34,340 bases of DNA, taken from the NCBI GenBank assembly GCA_964498865.1, contig CAZCJN010000006.1:1-34340 (forward strand), in the 5' to 3' direction. The notes beneath the pieces were generated by a model. The model searched no databases. It was given only the letters and a program-made list of their open reading frames with translations, and had not been told where the DNA came from. A program made the translations under genes and the position numbers. This DNA comes from an uncultured Bacteroidia bacterium. GTDB taxonomy: Bacteria; Bacteroidota; Bacteroidia; Palsa-948. This document shows positions 27,460 through 34,340 of this stretch, one piece after another (position 1 is the first letter of the stretch; every line of letters begins with the position of its first letter).

Positions 27460-28488
27460 ATGGATACCCCTTCAAATCTTACTTCACGTTTTAATTTTCT
27501 TGATTATATAAAGGGAATTTTAATTTTTTTGGTTGTTTACGGGCATATCATCCAATTTGTTGAATATAAAGATTCAGGTTTATTTTGGTTCGACCCTGTT
27601 TACAAAATCATTTACATGTTTCACATGCCTTTATTTATGGCAATTAGTGGTTTCCTTGCTTATAACTCAATTCAGAAAAAATCCTTTTATGATATTTTTA
27701 AAAGCCGCATTAAAACACTCATTGTTCCAATTGTTTTCTTTGCTGTTTTAAAGTTTACATTATCGCTGATATGGGATAGTGATTTTATATTACGACAATT
27801 GCCGGCTACGTTTATTAAAGCAATTATTGGCAATCTTTGGTTTTTGTGGGCATTATTTTACGCAACTGTAATTGTAGCGTTTATGAGAAAATACAATTTT
27901 GATAAACCGGTCTTTTTTGCTCTTGCTCTTATTGTTTTTTTGATATTGCCAGATCGTTACGATTCCTCTCTATATAAATTTACATTCTTTTATTTTTTAC
28001 TTGGTTATTTAGTAGCTCAGTATTCTATTCATATCTATTTTCAAAATAGCATCAAGCGTAATAACATTCTTCTTTTTATTAGTGTATTGTTAAGTATATT
28101 TTTTTTCTTCATTTGGAATAAGAATATGTATGTATATATCTCCGGTATGCAAATACTTAGTATGAATATTTTCACAGTATTGCTTAGATTCTTAATAGGT
28201 ATTGTATGTTCAATTGCTTTTCTATTGTTTTTTCTGAAAGTATATGAATGGCGTCCGGCACCTGGTATTATTGAGTTGGGTAAGAATAGTATTTATATAT
28301 ATATCCTGCAAGATATTGCGGTGTCCTTTTTTAAAAGAAGCACTTTTCCTGAATTCAATTCTTTATTATTTACAATTACTGTAGCACCAATAGTTGCATT
28401 GGTGGTGGTTTTTGTTAGTCTTTATATTGGAAATTTTTCTCAACGTTGGCGTTTAATGCAAGTAGCTTTCGGGCGTTTTAATCGGTAA
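27460..28488 (+). CDS. acyltransferase family 3 (AT3) membrane O-acyltransferase
   Basis: N-terminal RFNFLDYIKGILIFLVVYGH (AT3 R...D...G...H motif) and about 10 TM helices. Confidence 0.8.
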   Translation: MDTPSNLTSRFNFLDYIKGILIFLVVYGHIIQFVEYKDSGLFWFDPVYKIIYMFHMPLFMAISGFLAYNSIQKKSFYDIFKSRIKTLIVPIVFFAVLKFTLSLIWDSDFILRQLPATFIKAIIGNLWFLWALFYATVIVAFMRKYNFDKPVFFALALIVFLILPDRYDSSLYKFTFFYFLLGYLVAQYSIHIYFQNSIKRNNILLFISVLLSIFFFFIWNKNMYVYISGMQILSMNIFTVLLRFLIGIVCSIAFLLFFLKVYEWRPAPGIIELGKNSIYIYILQDIAVSFFKRSTFPEFNSLLFTITVAPIVALVVVFVSLYIGNFSQRWRLMQVAFGRFNR

Positions 28489-28514
28489 AAACATTAATTA
28501 ATATTTGATGCAAA

Positions 28515-29939
28515 ATGATTTTTAACTCGTTCATATTTTTGATTTTCTTAGGAATTGTTCTTCCAATTTTTTATTGGTTACCTACAAAGAAAAGTAAAAA
28601 CCTTTTTCTTGTCATTGCCAGCTATTTTTTTTACGGGTACTGGGATTGGCGTTTTTGTACTCTTCTTGCATTCACCACTTTTACTGATTTTTATATTGGG
28701 AAACAAATAGCAAGTTTAAGTGACGATAAAAAAAGAAAACTATGGTTGATTATCAGTTTGGTTATTAATTTGGGAATATTAGGCTTTTTTAAATACTTTA
28801 ATTTCTTTGTTGATAATATTCATGCTGTTTCTACTCAGCTTGGTTTTGGTTTAGATTTTTTGCATTTGAACATTATTCTTCCAGTAGGCTTATCCTTCTA
28901 TATCTTTCATAATCTTTCTTATATCACAGATATATATAGAAGAAAAATTCAACCCTCTGATGATATAATTGATTTTGGCCTATTTGTTACATTTTTCCCT
29001 CAATTGGTAGCGGGTCCAATTGGAAGAGCCGATGCATTATTACCTCAATTAACAAAGTTTTTAAAACCAACTAAAGAGCAAATTAAAGAAGGAATTGTAT
29101 TAATCATATATGGCCTTTTCAGAAAAGTAATGATAGGAGATACCACAGGCAGGTATGTAGATCATATTTTTGAAAATATGGGAGAGTATAAAGCTTTTGA
29201 GATAATTTGTGCACTCATTTTATTTTCTATTCAGATTTATGCTGATTTTTCAGGATATACACATATAGCAAGAGGTACTTCCAAACTTTTCGGTGTAGAA
29301 CTGATGAAAAATTTTGAACAACCGTACTTATCTAGAAATATAACAGAGTTTTGGAGGCGTTGGCATATCTCCTTATCATCTTGGTTAAGGGATTACCTAT
29401 ATATATCATTAGGAGGAAATCGTAATGGTAAATTAAGGACATATATTAATCTTTTCATTACCATGCTGCTTGGCGGTTTATGGCACGGAGCAAGTTGGAA
29501 TTTTGTGATTTGGGGTGCGTTGCATGGTCTTTATTTAGCTATTCATAAAATGATGACTAAAGATGGACCTACATTAACAAAAAATTTAAAGCGTTTTACT
29601 TTTAAAGACATAGTAAATATTCTATTTACTAATGCACTTGTCATTTTTACCTGGTTGTTTTTTAGATCAACCAGTTGGGATACTACCACGATTTTCTTTT
29701 CAAAAATCGCGAATTGGGAAACAAGTGAATATACATTTTGGTTTGCTATAGTAACATTAATTTTTGTTGTGTTAACTGTTATTATTGACTTACTTGAATA
29801 TTTAACCGGAAAGCACACCTATCTTTTGAGAATAAAACCAACGTCCGTTTTGTTAGGGCTACTTACAGGATTATTGGTTTTTACTCTTTTTTATTTATAT
29901 CAGTCTAAGCCAATGCCATTTATTTATTTTAAATTTTAA
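28515..29939 (+). CDS. MBOAT-family O-acyltransferase (AlgI/DltB-like)
   Basis: Signature FWRRWHISLSSWLRDYLYISLGGNR and the catalytic-His region GGLWHGASWNFVIWG. Polytopic membrane protein. Confidence 0.9.
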   Translation: MIFNSFIFLIFLGIVLPIFYWLPTKKSKNLFLVIASYFFYGYWDWRFCTLLAFTTFTDFYIGKQIASLSDDKKRKLWLIISLVINLGILGFFKYFNFFVDNIHAVSTQLGFGLDFLHLNIILPVGLSFYIFHNLSYITDIYRRKIQPSDDIIDFGLFVTFFPQLVAGPIGRADALLPQLTKFLKPTKEQIKEGIVLIIYGLFRKVMIGDTTGRYVDHIFENMGEYKAFEIICALILFSIQIYADFSGYTHIARGTSKLFGVELMKNFEQPYLSRNITEFWRRWHISLSSWLRDYLYISLGGNRNGKLRTYINLFITMLLGGLWHGASWNFVIWGALHGLYLAIHKMMTKDGPTLTKNLKRFTFKDIVNILFTNALVIFTWLFFRSTSWDTTTIFFSKIANWETSEYTFWFAIVTLIFVVLTVIIDLLEYLTGKHTYLLRIKPTSVLLGLLTGLLVFTLFYLYQSKPMPFIYFKF

Positions 29940-29957
29940 TACATAAATACAATTTTG

Positions 29958-30971
29958 ATGAAAAAGGTACTATCTATATTTTACTTCTGTTTAACACTTT
30001 TAGGTACAGCTATTTTATTTGAACTTATATTGCATTTTGGTGGTATTATGACTCCTATTTTAACCATTGACCCAAACAAAGGGGAACGTTATATGCCTAA
30101 TAAAATGTGCTGTTCAATTTTTAATTATGAAGGATTTGGCCTGGCAAAAACAAATTCTGCCGGCTGGTTTGGAAATGATCCTAATAGATGGGATTCTTCT
30201 GCTACTTCATTAGCGATATTGGGCAATAGTTTTATTCCTGCCCGGCAGGTATTTTACAGGCATAATTTTTTAGCAATAACAGAAGAACTCTTTCAAAATA
30301 ATAATAAAAATGTACGTTTTTACAATTTTGGAAAAGAATCAATGCCCTTGCGTGAATCATTGTATATAAAAGAAGAGATAGATGCGACCTACCACCCTGA
30401 TTATTTTATTGTTTTTATAAATGAACGAAGTTTAGGAAACGAAGGAAGGTATATTCCTTATTATGAATTAGCGGGAGATTCGTTAAAATTAAATGATAGT
30501 TTTAAATATTCTTCTTTTGTAAAAAAATATCAAAAAATTAGCCTTCTTAATCAATCATCTCTTCTTTTCTTAATATATCGAGTTAAAAATAATCTTTCTG
30601 ATTTTTGGAAAATAGTTCTTGATAAATTTTATCCGAATTATGATGAAAATATTGAAGAAGGAGTAGTCAACCGACCAGTAGATAGGGTAGATGAAGCAAT
30701 TATAAAGAAATTTGACCAAGATAGAAGAGTGATTTTTTTATTTGATTTAGATTCTTCAAAAGCACAAATGGTACAATCATATATTAGTAACTCACCTGTT
30801 ATTAATGTACACCCTGCTTTAATGAAAATGCATAAAGAAACAGGTGTAGATCCTTATTATTGGCCTATAACTAATCAAAAAGGACATTGGAATTACGAAG
30901 CACATAGAGTCATTGCCAGAGAGTTTTCAAATGAAATTAATAGTGTTATTTTTACTACAAGTAAGAAATAG
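29958..30971 (+). CDS. membrane-anchored hypothetical protein; possible DltD/SGNH-like partner of the MBOAT
   Basis: Single N-terminal TM helix. AILGNSF is a candidate SGNH block I (GDS-like) and KGHWNYEAHRVIAREF a candidate block V. It lies immediately downstream of the MBOAT, as DltD and AlgJ/X do. The call rests on weak motifs only. The ATG at 29958 is preferred over the TTG at 29955. Confidence 0.35.
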   Translation: MKKVLSIFYFCLTLLGTAILFELILHFGGIMTPILTIDPNKGERYMPNKMCCSIFNYEGFGLAKTNSAGWFGNDPNRWDSSATSLAILGNSFIPARQVFYRHNFLAITEELFQNNNKNVRFYNFGKESMPLRESLYIKEEIDATYHPDYFIVFINERSLGNEGRYIPYYELAGDSLKLNDSFKYSSFVKKYQKISLLNQSSLLFLIYRVKNNLSDFWKIVLDKFYPNYDENIEEGVVNRPVDRVDEAIIKKFDQDRRVIFLFDLDSSKAQMVQSYISNSPVINVHPALMKMHKETGVDPYYWPITNQKGHWNYEAHRVIAREFSNEINSVIFTTSKK

Positions 30972-30994
30972 AAATAACTAACTATTTAAGTTAT

Positions 30995-31768
30995 ATGGCT
31001 TCTAAGAGTATGTACAAAATACTTAAGAGTATTTATAACAAGTGTATTAGATGGATAGCTGGAAAAATAGTACATAAAAAGGTTAATTTGAATCTATCCG
31101 AAGCAATTGTTTCTTTTGCATTTGATGATGTTCCCCATTCAGGTTTTATGTATGGTTCAAATATTTATAAAAAATACGGGTTTCGTTCAACGTATTATGT
31201 CGCTCTAGGTTTTTTTGAAAAAAATAGACAAGACGGGCCGTATTATGAACCTAAGTATTTACAGCAAGCACTAGACGAGGGCAGCGAACTTGCCTCCCAT
31301 ACCTATGGTCACTTGCATTTTTCTATTTCAAATAAAAAACAAATAATCGAAGACTTGAATAAAAATCAAAAAAGAATAAACGAATTTTTTCCGGAATATA
31401 AATTTGTAAATTTTTCTTATCCATATGGTGAGCAAACAATAGCAAGCAAACGTATAATGTTGAATAGATTTAAAACTGCACGTGGGGTAAAAGGAGGTAT
31501 TAATTATGGAGTTATTGACTTGATTGATTTAAAATCACATCAATTAGGCAATCATTTTCAAATGGAAGACATTAAATTTATTATTGATGAAACAATTAGA
31601 TTAAAGGGTTGGTTGATTTTTTATACGCATGAAGTTGAAAGCAACCCAACCGCATATGGCTGTACTCCTGAAATGTTTGAATTTGCTGCTCAGTATTGCT
31701 ATCAAAAAAGGGTTTCTGTTTTAACAGTGAAAGAAGCCATAGAAACAATAGAAAAAACGACATCCTGA
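30995..31768 (+). CDS. NodB-type polysaccharide deacetylase (CE4)
   Basis: NodB motif 1 FAFDDV (TFDD-like), motif 2 SHTYGHLH (H-S/T-x-x-H), and later FSYPYG. Confidence 0.8.
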   Translation: MASKSMYKILKSIYNKCIRWIAGKIVHKKVNLNLSEAIVSFAFDDVPHSGFMYGSNIYKKYGFRSTYYVALGFFEKNRQDGPYYEPKYLQQALDEGSELASHTYGHLHFSISNKKQIIEDLNKNQKRINEFFPEYKFVNFSYPYGEQTIASKRIMLNRFKTARGVKGGINYGVIDLIDLKSHQLGNHFQMEDIKFIIDETIRLKGWLIFYTHEVESNPTAYGCTPEMFEFAAQYCYQKRVSVLTVKEAIETIEKTTS

Positions 31769-32080
31769 ATAGTTTTTGAATAGTAAGTTTACTTCTTTTT
31801 TAGATGTTAATTATTCGTTCAAATAATGAATATTCTCTAATTAAACCCATTAACAGGCAGGCCCAATCCTGAATAAGTAGAAAGTAAATTAAAGAGAGAT
31901 AGGTGTTATTGAGTTTAACTTGAAACCTCACAGTTTAATCTCAGTTTTCTGAAGTTTTTTTATCCCAAAATGATTTTTCACATTAATTACGCACTCTAAA
32001 TTTTTGAGCTGTTTTTGCTACGTGTTCTATAACAAAAAGTTATAATATAATCCATTACCGTTTTTACTCCCCAATTCGAT

Positions 32081-32126
32081 GAGATTTTGCATGTAAGTGC
32101 AAAATTTTAATTTTTTAATTTTTTTT
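32081..32126 (+). terminator. AT-rich hairpin plus T-tracts (terminator-like)
   Basis: Stem attttgca (32084-32091), loop tgtaag, stem tgcaaaat (32098-32105), followed by ttttaattttttaatttttttt. Only 2 G:C pairs, and it lies about 315 nt downstream of the last locus gene, so the assignment is tentative. Confidence 0.25.
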
Positions 32127-32372
32127 ATTGGTAAACCTATAATTATCGTCGTTGGTCGATATGCAATTATTGGTGGGCGAAATCAGCAGATCGAGGTGCA
32201 ACATAAAGAAAATGGAGGGCGTACATATTCTCAAAATCAACAAACCACATGATAATCACTTTTACGATAGAAATTAGGTTAATGTTTTTCTTCTTTCACC
32301 ACTTTAATAAACACTTACACACACATTATCACTTATTCATTATGGATAATGATAACCAAAAATAATTAAAAC

Positions 32373-34340
32373 ATGAAATTATCACTTTATCTATCAATCG
32401 CCCTTATCGCCACTTTTGGAACAGTATCTGCAAAAAAGTATTATGTATCAACAACCGGAAATAACTCAAATTCAGGACTTACTCTTGCTTTGCCATGGAA
32501 AACAATCACATATGCAGCATCTTCAACATGTCCTGTAATCGGAGGGGATACTGTATATGTAAAGGCTGGTAATTATGGGGCAGAATATGTAAGTTTTCAA
32601 AAAAGTGGTGTATCCGGAAAGCCTATATGTTATATTGGCTATCAAGCTACTCCCGGTGATTCCCCTAATTTGAATTATAAAATGGGTGATGCGCTTAACG
32701 CGGCAGTTATGCCACTACTTAACGGCGGTGATAGGGCGGCATCGAAAGTAGGAATGAATTTACCCGGTCGCTCTTATATTATAATTAAAAATTTTCAAAT
32801 AACTAACTATGCATATGGAGTAAATACAGGCAATGCATCTTATTTAACATTAGATAACATTATCACCATGTATACAGGTGATATTGTAGCATCTTATTCA
32901 GGAAGAGGAATACAATTGGGGTCATGGGGTACCTCTGTTTCAAGTTATAATAATATTAGCAATTGTGTGGTAGTTAACTCTGCTGCTGAAGGATTAAGCA
33001 TAAATGGTAATAATAATACGGTAACCAATTGCAGAGTTTATTGTAATGAAGGTCTAATGGGATCGGGCAATAATGCATCTACCGACTACTATCTAATTGT
33101 ATGTGGAAATAACAATACAATTACGGGTTGTTATACTGAACGAGTGGGTAATCTTGCGCATTATGGACATGGTACCGGGGTTAAATATGACTGCCTGAAC
33201 AATACATTTATAGGCTGTAAATCTGTAAACATGACCGAGAATTTTTATGTACGACATAGAGGAGTAAAATACAACACTTTTAAAAATTGTGTTGCAGTTA
33301 GAGGACGTGGGTTTTGTATACGTGACGGAGCGAGCTATAATACCTATGAAAACTGTATTGCAGATAGTACTACCGGAGGGATCCGTATTCAAGATACTTC
33401 TGAAGACGGAGGTGCACAATACGCAGGAAGACATAATGTGATTAAAAACTGTATCATTAAAAATTCATCATTAGGTGTTTTTTTTGATGACTACGATCAA
33501 GTATCTCCTGCAGACAGCAATACTATAGTTAATTGCACTTTTGATAATATTGACTATCTGTTCTATTGCGGAAGAGAAAATAAAAACAATGAAATTGTTA
33601 ATTGTATCATTTCGAATGTAGATAATTTAAAATCTGGTAGCTATGCATTGTCTATGAATTTCAACTACTCCAACTTCTACAATAATAAGTTTGCTACACC
33701 TGCTGGTACAAAAAATACTACTGCTAACCCATTATATGTAAATGCTTCTACTCAGGATTATCATTTACAAGCAACCAGTCCTTGTAAAGATTTAGGCGCA
33801 ACTTTATCATATATTACTCAGGATTATGATGGTAATGCGCGTCCTCAAGGAGCAGGCATCGATATTGGCGCATATGAATTTCAAGAAATAACGTCTACCC
33901 TTTCAGCAACAGTAGCCTCAACCAATGTAAGTTGTTATGGAGGTAACAATGGTAAAGCAACCGTTACTATTAGCGGAGGAAAGGGGCCCTATACTTATGT
34001 ATGGAGCAATGGTCAAACAGCAGCGTCTTCTACGGGTCTAATAGCAGGAAATTATTCTGTAACTGTTACGGATATGCTAAGCGCATCAAAAAAATTATCG
34101 GTTTCTATTTTACAACCATCAAGCGCAGTTACATCAACTATAGCATCTCAAGCAAATGTTAGTTGTAATGGTGGAATGAACGGTAGTGCTACTATTAATG
34201 CTTCCGGTGGAGTAGGGCCTTATAAATATATGTGGAGTCCTTCGGGTCAAACTACAGCTACTGCAACAGGTTTATCAGCCCTTAACTATTCTGTAACCAT
34301 AACAGATGCTAACGGATGCAATACCCCAAAAGTAGTAACG
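32373..34340 (+). CDS. secreted right-handed parallel beta-helix protein with C-terminal SprB repeats (partial; runs off window end)
   Basis: Not in the supplied ORF track because no stop is reached. I translated 656 codons by hand with no stop. Signal peptide MKLSLYLSIALIATFGTVSA. YYVSTTGNNSNSGLTLALPWKTITYA is typical of DUF1565/pectate-lyase-fold proteins. Repeated N-C-x-(I/V) rungs follow (ISNCVVVNS, VTNCRVY, FKNCVAV, YENCIADS, IKNCIIKNS, VNCTFDN, VNCIISN), then DYDGNARPQGAGIDIGAYEF and SprB repeats. Confidence 0.8.
   Translation, partial: MKLSLYLSIALIATFGTVSAKKYYVSTTGNNSNSGLTLALPWKTITYAASSTCPVIGGDTVYVKAGNYGAEYVSFQKSGVSGKPICYIGYQATPGDSPNLNYKMGDALNAAVMPLLNGGDRAASKVGMNLPGRSYIIIKNFQITNYAYGVNTGNASYLTLDNIITMYTGDIVASYSGRGIQLGSWGTSVSSYNNISNCVVVNSAAEGLSINGNNNTVTNCRVYCNEGLMGSGNNASTDYYLIVCGNNNTITGCYTERVGNLAHYGHGTGVKYDCLNNTFIGCKSVNMTENFYVRHRGVKYNTFKNCVAVRGRGFCIRDGASYNTYENCIADSTTGGIRIQDTSEDGGAQYAGRHNVIKNCIIKNSSLGVFFDDYDQVSPADSNTIVNCTFDNIDYLFYCGRENKNNEIVNCIISNVDNLKSGSYALSMNFNYSNFYNNKFATPAGTKNTTANPLYVNASTQDYHLQATSPCKDLGATLSYITQDYDGNARPQGAGIDIGAYEFQEITSTLSATVASTNVSCYGGNNGKATVTISGGKGPYTYVWSNGQTAASSTGLIAGNYSVTVTDMLSASKKLSVSILQPSSAVTSTIASQANVSCNGGMNGSATINASGGVGPYKYMWSPSGQTTATATGLSALNYSVTITDANGCNTPKVVT
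33900..34340 (+). repeat. two tandem SprB-type protein repeats (unit 1: 33900-34118; unit 2: 34119 to window end)
   Basis: Unit 1 reads VSCYGGNNGKATVTISGGKGPYTYVWSNGQTAASSTGLIAGNYSVTVTD. Unit 2 reads VSCNGGMNGSATINASGGVGPYKYMWSPSGQTTATATGLSALNYSVTITDANGC. This is the C-x-G-x-x-N-G...GG-x-x-PY-x-Y-x-W...L-x-x-G-x-Y pattern of gliding-adhesin SprB repeats. Confidence 0.7.

Noticed and set aside
32161-32277. 38-codon ORF (MQLLVGEISRSRCNIKKMEGVHILKINKPHDNHFYDRN) in the long intergenic gap
   Set aside because: It is short, with no recognisable motif, signal peptide or TM segment. It cannot be supported from sequence alone, though it is mentioned under the gap finding.
33093-33434. 113-aa minus-strand ORF in the supplied track
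   Set aside because: It lies entirely antisense to the long open + frame (32373 onward), which has clear signal-peptide, beta-helix and SprB features. Its own translation is low-complexity with no recognisable motif. It is a shadow ORF.
1-34340. Scan for CRISPR arrays, tRNA/rRNA genes, IS elements, integrases and toxin-antitoxin or known defence-system genes
   Set aside because: I found no regularly spaced direct repeats, no tRNA-like T-arm (GGTTCGAATCC-type) motifs in the intergenic gaps, and no transposase, integrase or nuclease/ATPase defence signatures in any translated ORF. The polysaccharide locus shows no obvious mobile-element boundaries.

Overview
AT-rich window, most likely from a Bacteroidota genome. 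The evidence is SprB-type repeats, lipoprotein-style Wza and LptC, the gene families present, and the lack of Shine-Dalgarno-like leaders. No tools or searches were used, so all family calls are by-eye motif recognition on the supplied translations. Positions 1-10042 are ordinary housekeeping and envelope genes: an LptC-like lipoprotein, lpxD, an M14 carboxypeptidase, a GAF-PP2C phosphatase, PBP1A, a GatB/YqeY protein, gpmI and an orphan histidine kinase. Positions 10305-31768 form one tightly packed 19-gene locus, all on the + strand, for Wzx/Wzy-dependent surface polysaccharide synthesis. It contains an initiating phosphoglycosyltransferase, Wza, Wzc, Wzx, Wzy and two GT2 enzymes. It is unusually rich in tailoring genes: three CE4-type deacetylases, two asparagine-synthase-family enzymes (one without the glutaminase nucleophile), a FemAB-like transferase flanked by two diverged DUF354 paralogs, an AT3 acyltransferase, and an MBOAT with a membrane-anchored partner. 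No nucleotide-sugar synthesis gene is visible. A 604-bp non-coding gap follows. After it, an ORF missing from the supplied track (32373 to the window end, no stop codon) encodes a secreted beta-helix protein that runs into SprB repeats. I found no rRNA, tRNA, CRISPR array, transposase or integrase. The best candidate for something undescribed is the deacetylase / DUF354 / FemAB-like / DUF354 / deacetylase / AsnB block at 20598-27445. I read it as a possible amino-acid or peptide decoration module for a surface glycan. This is an inference, not a demonstrated function.
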